NCBI RefSeq assembly: GCF_006345805.1
Contig: NC_043005.1
Coordinates: 21,142,001 to 21,206,000, forward strand
Length of the DNA stretch: 64,000 nt
Direction of reading: 5' to 3'
From: Octopus sinensis
Taxonomy: Eukaryota
The position numbers and the translations under genes were made by a program. This document shows, one piece after another, positions 26,900 to 39,950 of this stretch; positions within the stretch are counted from its first letter, which is position 1, and each line of letters starts with the position of its first letter. The notes under the pieces were generated by a model that searched no databases, had not been told where the DNA came from, and saw nothing but the letters and a program-made list of their open reading frames with translations.

Positions 26900-27790
26900 A
26901 AAATCTGATAACTAATATTACTAACAGAGTGTCCAACATCTTTTCTTCCAAATAAATTTTCTACAAAGCAGCCCCCTATAATAACAGGGCCATAGACAAT
27001 AGTGGCTTCAAAGATAAATTAATATATAATCCCTCTATTAATCAAAATATTAATAATAGATCTAGTAGCATCAAAAGTAAAGTAGTACCTAACATCTCTA
27101 GTATTAATCAAGATAATAGGAAACCAAAAGATAGGCCAGAGAAAATTATTTGATTTGCCTCTCCTTTTCTCTTAATATAAAAACTAATATTGGTAAAAGA
27201 TTCCTAGACTAACACTTTCCAGCTCCTCACAGATACTGGATTATATTCAATAGGCATTCTGTGAAATTATCATATAGCTGCTGCCCAAATATGAAGAATA
27301 TCATTAGATATAATCAACACCAAGAACCAATATCTAGCTGCAACTGTCACAATCCAGGATCCTGTCCACTTGACAAAGAGTGTAAGATTAACTCTATCAT
27401 ATATGAGGCAGAAGTTACTGGAACCCTAAATAATAATACAACTGATAAGAAGACCTATACTGGAGAATTTTAAAATTTCTATGCCAGTCACATAGCCTCC
27501 TTCCAACATAGGGAGAAAAGTAAAGCTGCTAAGTTGGCTAGCTACATATGGACTTTGAAAGATAATGAAACACTGCATGTAATTAAATGGAAAGTAATTG
27601 AGAAATCCTTACCTTATGTTAACAGATTGAATAAATGTAGACTTTGTTTGGTTGAAAGACTGCAGATCTTGTTCAGATCTAAGATCCCTAGCTCTCTATT
27701 GAACTCCTGGTCAGAAATTTCAGTGGTTGCATGCATATGTATAAGTATATTCTAATGAATTGGAAAATTCTGTCTATTCCTGACTGACTT
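26900..27790 (+). mobile_element. Penelope-like element relic (GIY-YIG endonuclease region)
   Basis: KLSYSCCPN...CNCHNPGSCPLDKEC...IIYEAEV...YTG, then LASYIWTLK...IKWKVI...CRLCLVER...LLNSWSE (ORFs 27261..27473 and 27534..27755). Confidence 0.85.
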
Positions 27791-28034
27791 GTTTAAAGCC
27801 TAAGGAGGATAGCACTCTTTAGCTTTTGACACTTGAGTTTTGTTTTCTGTTTACTGTCTGTATTTCTATATGCTGCCTTCTCAGCTTCATTGTGTTTCTT
27901 CTATTTATTCAATTTTTTTAGTGTTATGATATGTGGTTTGCACCTGAAAATATGTTTGAGTTTTTTCAATATATGAAACTATTAGTAGCGCTTTAATACA
28001 TGTATTTTGACCTTTAAATAATAATGATAATAAT

Positions 28035-28143
<109 letters not shown>

Positions 28144-28172
28144 TAGTTAGATATAGATATACAATCATATAT

Positions 28173-29408
28173 ATTGGGTTGTCCGGAATGTTTGTGCCGA
28201 TTTTTAAAGGAAAGAAAAAGGCCAATAAATACTTGCCATTACATTTTTAATCAACCAAATATGAACCATTTTGTTGCACAATGCATCTACATCTTTCCTT
28301 TAACTTGAAAATTACTCTCTTCCCAGAATTGAGGTTGTTCCATGGCAAAGAATTCATCAAAGTATATTTTTACGTCATCCAAGGAATTGAAATTTTTACT
28401 ATTAAGACTATTCTGCAGAGACCTGAATAAGTGGAAATCTGAAGGAGCAATATCTGGGGAATATGGAGGGTGGGGTAAAACATCCCAGCCGAGCTGTAGC
28501 AATTTTTGTCTAGTTCCCAAAGAAATGTGCTGTCTTGCATTATCATGTTGGAAAACAACACCCTTCCTGTTGGCCAATTCTGGATGTTACTCTTGAATTG
28601 CTGCTTTTAACTCATCCAGTTGTGTACAGAATTCCTTTCCAATCCCACCAGACACAAAGCAAGACTTTTTTAGGGTGAAGACCGCTTTTGGGGTGGCTAA
28701 GGGTGGCTCATGTCGCTTACTCCAGGATCGCCTTTTCTGAACATTTTGGTAGAAAATCCATTTCTCATTACCTGTCACAATTTGCTTTAAAAAAGGTGCA
28801 TTTTTATTCTGTTAATAAAGTGAATCACAGATGGAAATGCAATCCAAAAGGTTCTTCTCACTCAACTCATGTGGTACCCAAACATCATAGCAATTTGTGT
28901 ACCCAAGCTTTACCAGGTGTTCATGAATGATGGATTTTGATAGGTTGAGGCTTTCTGCCAATTCTCGGGTTGTGCAATGTGGGTTATTCTTAATTAATGA
29001 CTTCATTTGGTCATCATCTGTAGTGGATGGTCTGCCTGATCGCTCTTTATCAATAAGGCTACAATCTCCAGCTTGGAACCTTGCAAACCACTTCCATACA
29101 GTTCTTTCGAATAAAGAAGCATCACCGTAAACTGTGCATATTTCTTTGGTTGCTTGTGAGGCATTTTTCCCTTTACGGAAAAAGAAAAGCATCAAGTGCC
29201 GAAAATGAACTTTCTTATCTTCCATTTTAAAGGATTACAGAATTAACACAGGTTATAGGAACATAAACCTTCTTCCACGAAAAGATAGCTTAAACTGTGC
29301 TCTAAATTGAATCGTAGTCAAATCCTATTTTATGGATTCAACCATGTTCTAAAATAAGTCGAAAGATAAGCTACTATAAATCAGCATGAACTTTCCGGAC
29401 AACCCAAT
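28173..29408 (-). mobile_element. Near full-length mariner element (about 1235 bp) with both TIRs and a frameshifted transposase
   Basis: TIRs attgggttgtccggaatgtttgtgccgattt and aaatcagcatgaactttccggacaacccaat. ORFs 28812..29225 (HTH, WVPHEL), 28587..28778 (TGNEKW) and 28287..28577 (HDNAR, YSPDIAPSDFHLF). Confidence 0.92.
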
Positions 29409-29429
29409 TTATATATATATAAATATATA

Positions 29430-31900
29430 TCACCATCATTTAATGCCTGTTGTCCACAATGGCATGAGTTGGATGCTTTCCCTAGAGCTAGCAAGGTAAG
29501 GAGCTGTGCCAAACTCTATTCTAATATGGCACGGATTCTACTACTGGATACTCTTCCTAACACCAACCATTTTACAGAGAGTGTTGGGTGCTTTTACATT
29601 GCATTACATGGCACTGCACAGATGCTTTTATATGGCACCATACAGACGCTTTTATGTCACATGGCCATGAGTGCTTTACACCACCAGAGAGATTAGTCTT
29701 AACACTTCTGCTGCAGAGTATGAGTCATCTTGAGTTCAGCAAGATGCCAGACACCTCAGTCTTTTGTCACCTTGCCTGACAGGTTCAGCGTCCTGAGGTC
29801 GTTCTTCAGTACTTCATCATATATCTTCCTGTGTCTCCCTCTTCTATGTATTCCAACTACTTTGAGAGATTGGAATTTCTATTTGAAGTTTTCTGCATCC
29901 TTCCACATCACATGACCAAACCAGCACAATATTTTCTCTTGCACACAGTAACTAATTCCACTTATGCCTAATTTTTCTCTCAAAACACTAGCACTCTGTT
30001 GAACATGTACACTTACATTATATATATCCAGCAGAGCCTGATAGCCTCATTCCTTTCCAACCTTTGAAGTCCTCTGCATTCTACCATGTAGAACTGCTGT
30101 CCATATACATGCATCATAAATTCTTCCTTTCACTCAGAGAGAGAATCCTTTCATGGCCAATAGAGGTAACCTCTCTCAGAATTACTTCCATCCTATCCTT
30201 ATTCTAACTATCACAGTCTCTGTGCATCTTCCCCAACTACTAATTTGGTCTCCTAGGTAGCAGAAATCATTTACTACATCTAATGAGCCACCAGGGTATT
30301 TGAAAGAATCAATTTCCCAAGTCACAATAGTTTTTTTTGATCCTGTGCATCTTGCACATATGAAAACTGTCTTCACTTGATAACATTCCTATTAATCCAG
30401 TGCATTCCTATTAATAACATTCCTATTAATATTGTGTGATCATAGTGTGCACTGGGTTCCTGCCTACACCTTTCCTACAAATTGAACAAGGCTACCTACC
30501 TGAAGTGGGTAGGGGCCTGTCAGTTTTCTTGCTTACTTAGACCTTAGTCTTTGCTAAGTTAACCTTAAGGCTCTTAGATTCCAGGTTTTGCTTCTACACC
30601 TTGAATTTCTCATCTAGCTTGGATGTGGAATCTGTTATGAGGACAGAATCACTAGCTTGTAGTAGTTCCCAAGAGCTGCCAGTTTTGAATTTCTGTGTTA
30701 TGATCTGAAGAAAAATGATGAAAAGGAGGAGACTAAGAGCTGAGCTTTGATGAACCCTGTATACCAAATTCTTCACTGTACTTGAGATTAACTCTCATCT
30801 ACTGACAGCATCTTTGTACATGGTTTATACATCTTTTACCAGCCACTCATCTATTCCTAGCCTCCCCAGAGCCCACCATATCATATAGCGAGGTATTCTT
30901 TCAAAGGCTCACTCTAGATCAATGAATACCAAGTATAATGTTTTATTCTTAGCTAAGTAGTTCACGTGCAGTTGCCTGACTATGAAAATAGTATCAGTAG
31001 TGCTTCTTCCCCAGACAAATTCAAACTGCATTTTGTCTAGCCTAATTCTGCTCCTAATTAATTCAGCTATAACTCTCTCCATAATTTTCATCACCTGGTC
31101 CAGGAGTTTGATGCTTCTATAATTGTTTTTATCTAAAGCATCACCCTTGCCCTTGTAGCAGTTAACAATTATACTGCTATGCCAGTCATATTACACACCT
31201 TCCTAAATGACCTGATTAACTATACGGATGACTAGTCTGTATCCTGCCTTACTAGATATTTTGAGCATCCCAGTGGTGATTCTGGATTGACCAGGGGTTT
31301 TTGTGTTTTTAATTGCCTTATCTACCGTACTTCTGTCCACTAGGGTAGTAGGTCCCTCTGTTTGATTCACATGAGGGAGACTTCTTGTATTCCAGTCATT
31401 CTCTATGTTCAACAGTCTTCTATAGTAACTTTTCCATGTCTCTTTCTTGTCTATATCACTAAGTGCAAGTGCACCATTATCCATCCACACACTCCTCTCT
31501 CCTACAATATCTTGATTCTCACTGACATATGGTCTAGCAATCCGGAACACTTCAAGTCTCTGATCTTCATGCTATAGGACATGGGGTACCTCCTCTTTTC
31601 TGCTTCTACCCTAGCTAGATAGACCTGACATCTAGCCTCCCTTTTAGTCTTCTGATATTATTCTTTTCCTACCACCCCCACTTTACCATTCTTTCCAGAC
31701 TTGTCTTTTCTCTTTCATGGCCCTGTCAATGTCACTGTTTCCCCATCACATTATCTTTGGTCTGGCAAGGACTTTGCTCCAATCACAAATTTGGTCTGTT
31801 GCCCTCAGTAGATTGTCCCATAGGAACTTCCAGTTGTCCTCTACATCATATGTCTCTATCTCTCCTTCCTTCACGTTATAGGCCTCGATGCCTCAATGAG
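29430..31900 (-). mobile_element. Degenerate RTE-clade LINE (RT and flanks)
   Basis: ORFs 30182..30376, 30594..30776, 30909..31094 (DKMQFEFV.GRSTTDTIFIVRQL) and 31203..31550. Confidence 0.85.
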
Positions 31901-33269
31901 GATATCTCTACATCTCTGCTCATTTGAGGGAACCTTGAGCTTCCACAACCTTTTTTACCATATTGTCTTGCACATCTGGATCTTTCTCACCCTAAGTGTG
32001 AAGTCACTAATACACATACATATATCCAAACATACACACACACACTCATATAAGACAATTGTTTCATCTTGTCAGATGATACTTGCCTCACATTCATTAA
32101 TTGTTTTTATTTTCTTTCATCCCTGCATAAGCATGGAAATAACTTTTGAAGCTAGTGTTGTGCATTCATCACCTATGATTTAATGAAATGCAATATATAT
32201 CAACAAATAAAATGACAATGAGACATCTGTATATCACTGAATATAAATAACAAAACCTTATTCAACACATAGTAGGTTACTGTGACAAGCATTGCAAGAT
32301 GACTTGTACTATTTTAACTACAGCTTTTATTTCAGAGTATCTTTCTCCAAGAAGAGTTACCTTACCCACAGAGTCATGAAAAATAATGGGTGAGCTTCTT
32401 CTATCTCTGGAAAATCGATTTAACCCAAAGGATGTTGGGCCTCATGGAGGAAATGACAATTGACTGAGATGTCTGGTGATATGAAGTTCTTGAGAAGATC
32501 CACACACATCAGTTAAACTGAGTTCTTGAAGCTTAAGAAAATTTCTCAAACACTCCACCATAACAGACCAAACTACATCTCTATATCTCTTCTCTTCTTC
32601 ACATTTCTACTTCATGCACTAGGCTTACCTCCCACTCCTCAATCCTGTCCTCTTGCTCCTGTGCCACTGTATCATTGCTATCAACTAGCTTCCAACTTGT
32701 GTGTTTCACTCACGCCCTGCCTCACTGTATCATTGCTTATGCCCGGCACTTTGCCACCATCTCTATCCTGCTGTCTCCCTCACTCTCTTTCTCCTTCTGC
32801 TCTTCCTTCATGTTGAGTAACCTTGTATTTCCTTTGTAGCAGTGCCTGTTTCTGTCTTCATTCCTGATCTCTCTCTTTGGCTAGATAACCTTGTACCTCT
32901 TCTACAGCAAGACATCTGTTTCTGTCTCTCTGCCTTACTATAACCTTTCATCATGCAATGTAAGATCACCTTCTCCAATGCTCCCTCCCCTCTCAAAAGA
33001 GCTTTCTTTTCTTTTTTTTTTTTCTTTTTTTGTCTTGCAAGTACTTGGTGAACCTGTCAGTGCAGGTGCCACTTAAAAGCCTCCAGTCCACTCTGCTGAG
33101 TGATTAGTGTTAGGAAGGGCATCCAGCTGTAAAAATCCTGCCAAAACAGTTACAGAAGTTTGGTGTAGGCTTCTGTCTGGCCAGCTCTTGTCAAACCATC
33201 CCACTCATGCCAGCATGGAAGGCAGACATTAAACAATTATTGTTATTGTTATTATTATTTAGTTTGACT

Positions 33270-33600
33270 CAGGTTTGGTTTTATTTCCAGTAAACTTTAT
33301 GTGGATAGCAGGTTACTACCTGTAACTTCAAGTATCCAGAAGTTTTCAGCAGTCTTTCAAGTACTTAGAACCCTCCTAATAATCTTCACTGTCCCTAAGA
33401 GACAAACTGTTTGCAGGAGTTCTGCAGGGTATTCTATTTCAATTTCCTTCAGCCATTTGTCTATATCTTTGTTTACAGTTCCCAATGCATCAGTTATAGG
33501 TACAGCCTTGACAGGTCTTATACCCCTAATTCTTCTTATTACAAATTTTAAAGGATAGTATTTATTTTGTTTTTCCTCCTCTTTCTTTTCCATCCTGGAA
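33270..33600 (-). mobile_element. C-terminal fragment of an R4/Dong-like (restriction-like endonuclease) non-LTR element
   Basis: ORF 33357..33593: VPITDALGTV...LLQTVCLLGTVKIIRRVL, a terminus typical of REL-type LINEs. Confidence 0.65.
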
Positions 33601-33770
33601 TCAAATTGGCATGATAGGTCAATTAGTAAGCAACTTCACTTTTCCTTACCAATAATTGTTATGTTCAGTCTATTGTCTTCTAACTTTTAAATAGGAAAGT
33701 CCCTCAAAATCTTACATTTTTCTGATTTTCTGGGACTTTCCTATTCAAACAGACAAGAAGTTATTATTAT

Positions 33771-34200
33771 GAGCTGGCAGAATTGTTAGCATACCAGCCA
33801 AAATGCTTAATAATATTTCATCTACCACTACATTCTAATTTTGCCAAGGTTGACTTTGCCTTTCATCCTTTTGGGGTCAGTGATATAAGTACCAGTTGAG
33901 CACTGGGGTCAATGTAATCGACTGTTCCCTTCCCCACAAATTTCAGGCCTGATACCTATAACAGAAAGGGTCATCATCATCATCATCATCATCATCAAGG
34001 CAGAAAGCTGGCAGAGTCGTTGCCACACCAGGCAAAATGTTTAGCAGTATTTCATCCTTACATTCTGAGTTCAAATTCCACTGAAGTTGACTTTCATTTT
34101 TTGGGGATCAATAGAATAAGTACCAGTTGAGCACTAGTGTTGATGTAATTGACTAGCTCCTTCCCCCAACATTTCAGGCCTGTGCCTATAATAGAAAGGA
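33771..34200 (+). mobile_element. Two tandem SINE copies (about 33771-33970 and 33997-34200)
   Basis: Both share gttgactttgcctttcat...ggggtc...aagtaccagttgagcact..g.t.atgtaat.gact and are separated by (CAT)n. Confidence 0.75.
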
Positions 34201-34239
34201 TTATCCTTATGATTATTATTTATTATTTCTTTTCGTTAT

Positions 34240-35990
34240 AATTTTATTTCAGCTGCCTTAGTACCAGGCATCCTCTGGAGGTTAAGAGTAGCAAGGACAC
34301 TTTTGTTTTGCTATGGATGCTAAAATTATCACCACATTTATTCCATGTTAGATGGAGAGTGCTTTCTGTATTATATAGGCTGTATCCATCAAAGTTATCT
34401 TTTGTAGTTCACAGAGATTGGAGTTATCAGGGAGTTGCTTAAGATACTTCTCAGCTCCCTTCTTTATTATTCCCAACGCACCAATTACCACTGGTATTAT
34501 TGAAATACTAAACTGCTAAATTTTTGTGATTTAATTTGCAGATCTTTAAAGTGAGAAAGCTTTTCGTATTCCTTTCTTGAGGCATTTTGATCATGTGGGA
34601 CTGACATATCTATTGACAAGTTCCTCCATTGTAGTCCTTGATCGCAATGTCTGGTTGATTGGAGTCAGTTTTTCTCTCTGTTTGTATTGGGAAGTTCCAA
34701 AGGATGATGATGCCCTCACCATTTACTACATCTTCTGGATGGTGCCTGTACCACTTATCATGGGATTTAATTTTGTAGTATTTACAAGCATTCCTGTGGA
34801 TGTACTGCTCTAGTCTGTCATGTTTTACAAGGTACTCCTTTTCAGCAGGGACTTGGTAACCAGAAACAACATGATCAATTGTCTCTGAATTTTCTGCAAA
34901 TTCCATCTTTAAGGACATTTGCATGGTAGTTTCTCGTAGGTAAGCTCTGACCTTGCACTGCAGTAACAAACCATCTGTTTCCCCTTTCAGACTTCGATAT
35001 TATTCATGCAAGCTTTCTTTGCTTTTCATTTGATGTTTTTTGCATCAATGATAGGTTTGTCACTATTTGGATCTCTTTGGTCTCTGATTGTTCATTTCTA
35101 AATAAGGAGAAGCAATGGTAGGTCTGTTAGTATTTGGGTGTCTTTGATCATTCTTATTGTTAACTTGTAGGCCAAAAGACTTTTTAAATTTTTGACTAAG
35201 CTTCATGACTGACACTTGCTTGGAATCTTCATGTTTCAGTGCAGCTCATAAGAGCACATCACTTGTCATATTAAGGTAAATTTCAAGGCCTATTATTGCT
35301 GATTTGAAGGATTATTCAAACTGTGTCAGGTTCCACCTATTTTTCTTGGGAGATAAGTCCTGTCTACAAATGATTTTGGATGATGCATTCAGTACCTTGT
35401 AAAGATTTTACAGATCTTTCCATCCACATTTTGCATGTCAGTGAGACTCCATTTAACAATCATCATCATCATCCCTTAATGTCCGCTTTCCATGCTAGCA
35501 TGGGTTGGATGATTTGACTGAGGACTGGTGAACCAGATGGCTGTGCCAGGCTCCAATCTGATCTGGCAGAGTTTCTACAGCTGGATGCCCTTCCTAATGC
35601 CAACCACTCCAAAGTTACTGGTATTACCAAAGAAATGGTTGCATTAATTCTGTTAGCAGCATTTAATTCTGAGTTTAGGACTATTCTTACCCTTCAATAG
35701 CATTCCTTGTAGATTTTCTCTTTCATTTTAGAGTGCTGGATACCATCACCTTCATTGGTTCCCAAATATTTGTATACTATGGATTAGTCTAGGTTTTGAA
35801 TAGCTGTGGTTGTATCAAGTTCTATGTTTTCTACCTTTATGAATTTCCCTGACTTGAAAGTAGCCTTTGCACATTTATCAAGTCCGAATTCCATACCTAT
35901 GGCAGAGCTGAATTCTTTGACAAAATTCAAGAGCTCTTCTAATTCCTTGTCGTTTTTGACAAACAGTTTTAGATCATCCATATAGAGTAG
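34240..35990 (-). mobile_element. R4/Dong-like LINE relic (RT, zinc knuckle, REL), with a nested RTE-type tail at about 35458-35612
   Basis: RT: MDDLKLF...IGMEFGLDKCAK (35784..35981). Also ETIDHVVSG...EYLVKHD...KWYRHHP...ILWNFPIQTER...QPDIAIKD (34610..34969). Confidence 0.85.
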
Positions 35991-36026
35991 ATGATTTATT
36001 TTCTGGTCAAAGATCTTATACTCTCT

Positions 36027-36212
36027 CTTCTTCTTCTTCTTCTTCTTCTTCTTCTTCTTCTTCTTCTTCTTCTTCTTCTTCTTCTTCTTCTTCTTCTTCT
36101 TCTTCTTCTTCTTCTTCTTCTTCTTCTTCTTCTTCTTCTTCTTCTTCTTCTTCTTCTTCTTCTTCTTCTTCTTCTTCTTCTTCTTCTTCTTCTTCTTCTT
36201 CTTCTTCTTCTT
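36027..36212. repeat. Perfect (CTT)n trinucleotide repeat, about 62 units
   Basis: Directly visible; source of the spurious poly-L and poly-E ORFs. Confidence 0.97.
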
Positions 36213-36564
36213 CTCTAAAAATTTGCCTGTAGTTTTTCATGGTAAATTTGAGATTAAAAAAAAAAATGTTTTCCATATTCTTAATCTCTGTATTTTTCCA
36301 TGTACATTGAAGAATAGATGGCGAAAAGAGTTTTGTAGCATATTAGGAGGCCAAAAAATAAAATTTTCTTTTCTTAGTGAACATCGTGCAAGTGTTAATC
36401 TAAAAATTTACCAACCTTTTTTCCATTCATTTCTGTTTATGAAATTCTCTGTACGTAATTTTGCTTTCTCGGTGGTCAAAGCAAATTATGACTGGCAAAG
36501 CAACAGTGAGAAAGAGAGACAGGTGTGTGAGTGTGTGTAGATATATATATATATATATATACAT

Positions 36565-36750
36565 ACACCCCACGTGTGTATCGTTGGCAATTTTCTTTCT
36601 CCATCTTCCTTTCCTTGGACCTTTCCTTTTTCTATGTTTCTGATGAAGATCTCCACTCGAAACATTAAATCCTCCTTCTTTTTTTCCTTTCCTGAGCGTC
36701 CAATAACACTATACTTGTTCCATGTTCTCGCATTGTTGTGTTTTCTCTTT
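36565..36750 (+). repeat. Penelope-type tail repeat (family H3) with a decayed hammerhead-like motif at 36636-36670
   Basis: gttt-CTGATGA-agatctccactc-GAAA-ca-tt-aaat; reverse complement of 880-1045. Confidence 0.5.
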
Positions 36751-36919
36751 ATTCATGTTTGGAGTAATTATATTTATTATAATTATATTTATTTTTGGTT
36801 TTTTATGTTTTGGTTTATGTCTATCACTGTTTGAGTTGCCTAATAGTGGTTTTATCTCTAATTTAATTTATATATATATATATATATATATATACACCCA
36901 GGCCTATTCTCCATTTTTT

Positions 36920-37300
36920 TAGGAGTGGGCAGCTACAACAAGACTCACACTGGGTATTCCATTCATTTCCCAGCTCAAAGAGGTGAGCCCCATCCTATTC
37001 TCGGGTCCCAATATCAGCAGTGGGGCCCAACAGCATATGCTGGTTTACCCCCACCGCATCATATTGGTTCCATGCCTCTTTGAGCAATATCAAATTCATT
37101 CATTTGTCCACAAACACTCTCCAAGCTTTCCTATCATTTATAAACTCTCTTGCCTCTTTCTCTCCAATACCTCTAACCATGAAAGCTTCCTTCACTCCAT
37201 TCATCAACACAAACTGAGATCTGCCTTTAGTTCTGCTGCCTACCACTTTTGCTTTCATCACCCTCCTTACCATCCACTCCTCATCCATCCTCTCCATAAT
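36920..37300 (-). mobile_element. RTE-like LINE extreme 3' end
   Basis: ORF 37100..37297: ERMDEEWMVRRVMKAKVVGSRTKGRS...W. Confidence 0.6.
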
Positions 37301-37660
37301 TTAGGTAAAAAACAATATAATCATACTAATAAGGATAATAAAAAAACTCATAAGTACAATTTTGAATAAGTAAAGGACTGATAATTTTCCAGATTCCCAA
37401 AATAAGCCTTTAAGTCTATGTTTACATATTAGAAGGATTTCAGAGTGCTTGTTAGGAATATTAGTATTGCATAATATTATGCCTAGTGTTCCTTCCAAGC
37501 AAAGGTTACACACTTTTGAGTATGCATTACACAGGCATTCATTTTGCATCACTGACCAAGTTGTGCTGTATGTATCTTTTTCTGTTTTCATATTAGGTCA
37601 GCAAGTAAATCCTTTGTATTGTCCTTTGCATTTACTTTATGTTCACTAATGTACCAACCT
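37301..37660 (-). mobile_element. Penelope-like element C-terminal relic
   Basis: ORF 37301..37591: CNLCLEGTLGII...PNKHSEILLICKHR, the same motif as 27534..27755. Confidence 0.65.
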
Positions 37661-37789
37661 CTATACATTTTGGTTCTTTCAATATTTGCATTTTTAAATT
37701 GATTGACTATACTATTGTTAGATGTATATTTACTTTTTCGTTTAGCACCTTACTTACATACTTACAAACATACATATAAATACATATTC

Positions 37790-37824
<35 letters not shown>

Positions 37825-37987
37825 TAAATATGCATGCATGTACATATGTGTGTGTGTGTCTGTATGTAAATTTTTTCAGTTTGATTCATTCAATATCTTT
37901 TATTGTAACATTGTTATTTTCTCCTCATTTCCGTCACCTCTTAACATACAAGGACCCTCTTATGTCAATATATCTTATCAATTTCAG

Positions 37988-38158
37988 TTTTCTCAGTAAT
38001 TAACTGTGGACCTCCAAAAGAAGTTTCTGGTGCAGTGAAATCCTTCAAAACTATCACATTTAAATCTATAGTGATTTATACTTGCCCAAAGGGAGAACAA
38101 CTGAGGTCAATATGTCAAATGAACAGCAGATGGAGTACGGTAGTGTCTAGTTGTAAAG
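37988..38158 (+). CDS. Sushi/CCP-like exon S3 (FSVINCGPPKEVSGAVKSFKTITFKSIVIYTCPKGEQLRSICQMNSRWSTVVSSCK)
   Basis: tttcag acceptor (an in-frame alternative ctcag lies 9 nt downstream) and G|gtaac donor; 171 nt; aligns without gaps to S1, S2, S4 and S5. Confidence 0.88.
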
Positions 38159-39339
38159 GTAACACAAATATTTCTTTCTTGTTGTCTATGTACTTTTGTT
38201 TATTTTTGTGTTAATTGCCTTTGTCAGAAGAAGACTAGTTGTCTTCATGACTTTAGAAGATGTGGCTGCTAGGAAAGAGAGATGAATCCATCATCAGACC
38301 AGAGACGTCCCAAATGCTTTTAACAGAGTGGATCCATTAAGTCAACTCAAGAACAAGGTAATATTGTTAAGTTGAGTGAGCCAAGAGCTGGAAGTGTAAC
38401 AAATTGTTTTCTCCACATGGTTTCCATGTAATTTCTATCCATCAAATTTCATCCACAAGGATGAAACTCCACCTAATACCTCATTTTTTTTTAAAGTAAA
38501 TTCATTATGTCCACAGCTGTACTTCAGCTCATCTTCATCAGTTTTTTCTTAATTTCTAACCTGCATTTTCTCACCCATATTTCTGTCATCATTCAAATCT
38601 CTACAATATAATGCTCTGAGTTCTTTACTAAAACTTATCAAACAGACTTTTGCTGCTCTTGTTCTCTGCATTAGATAATCCTGAATTATAATGCAACTAA
38701 TAATATTACTTCCTGATTTATGCACAAAGACAGCAAATTTTGATTGCCGTTGTCTTGTGAACACCATCAATTTTACAATTTGACACCCACACGTAGGAAA
38801 GGTAACATTGATCCCTACAAGTAAGAACGGCAAGTTTGACTTTGGCTTGATTGGAACTGATATCCAAAAGAGTGTAAATACATAGTATGAAGCATTTCTT
38901 CTAGTTCTCTAAATAGTAGCTGCAGATGATGAAGCATTACTCTTGAAAGCAGAAGGATCTCTATCTGAGACCAGTTGGAGAACCCTTTGAAGATCATCCT
39001 GAACTCCAATGATGAGTCTTCTCTCTGATTATTGTCCTCTGACCTACATGTTTAGTCACTGTTGTTCACATTTACTTTTGCACTTTTTCCCATTTTCACC
39101 TATCTTCCAAAGATTTCTCTTGAGGAAAGTACCTTCCTCTAACTTTTTCTTCATCCTCAACTTCTTTACAACTGGGAAAAGATGAGGGATTGGTCAAAAA
39201 GGAAAGTAACTGTCATCAGATCTTACCACTACTAGGTCTTTCAGGTGGTCATGGCAAATATGGAGGACAACACTTAATCCAACGTTAATATCATCTTACA
39301 ACCACATCTAACACAAACTTTTTCACAATCTCTTTTGCT

Positions 39340-39950
39340 GACACAAAGAGGAAAACTGTTTTCTCTGCCCAATTAAAGGAGAGTGTAAGGCAATCACTTT
39401 AATGGACTTGATTAACCATAATATCTGTTTGACATAAATACACAAGTGAACAATTTGTGGACAATGACTGAGTACATACAAAATGATTTTGCTTTACTGC
39501 TGACATCTTGGGCAGACTTGTCTGATGGCACTTCCATGTCTGCAGGTTTTATCTTGGATCAGTATAGCATTTAGGTACCATGGCCATGCCAACAACTTCA
39601 GAAAATTGTCTATAGTATTCCTTTACAAAATGTCCTCCAAAACAAACTTGCTGCTTCATTTTCATTGATGCTCTGAGCAATCCTAAGTAGGTCAATGCTC
39701 TTTTTATCCACTAATTCTTCATAGATTTTTGGGATGAGACATCAACCATTTCCATTGCCCAAGTCAAGTTTGATCTGTCATACTATACAATCTGAAATCC
39801 TTTGAATTGTATTAGATAATCTAGCCATCTTTTTGGTAAGATAGTGGTTTATAATTGAAGGAGTCTTTGTTTATATTTCTAACATGTTGATGTCCACAAA
39901 TGACCTTCCACAGTAAATTTTCTACTTAATATTGTGAGCTAAGAGATCTG
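39340..39950 (-). mobile_element. Ancient Tx1/L1-like relic, duplicated copy after S3
   Basis: The minus strand reads QDKTCRHGSAIRQVCPRCQQ*SKIILYVLSHCPQI, versus RDKLYRHGSAVSRACPRCCQDDKTVLHALVQCPSI in ORF 6869..7738. Confidence 0.65.

Noticed and set aside
32120-32183. Possible decayed extra Sushi exon (ITFEASVVHSSP resembles TFKSVVSYTCP) where a second Sushi might be expected between PA1 and S3
   Set aside because: No cysteines, no CGP start, a stop follows immediately, and the Sushi-type flanks are absent. The unit is better read as PA-S(1-2)-PB.
35991-36276. Poly-Leu (+) and poly-Glu (-) ORFs
   Set aside because: Artefacts of the (CTT)n tract, with no splice sites or domain context.
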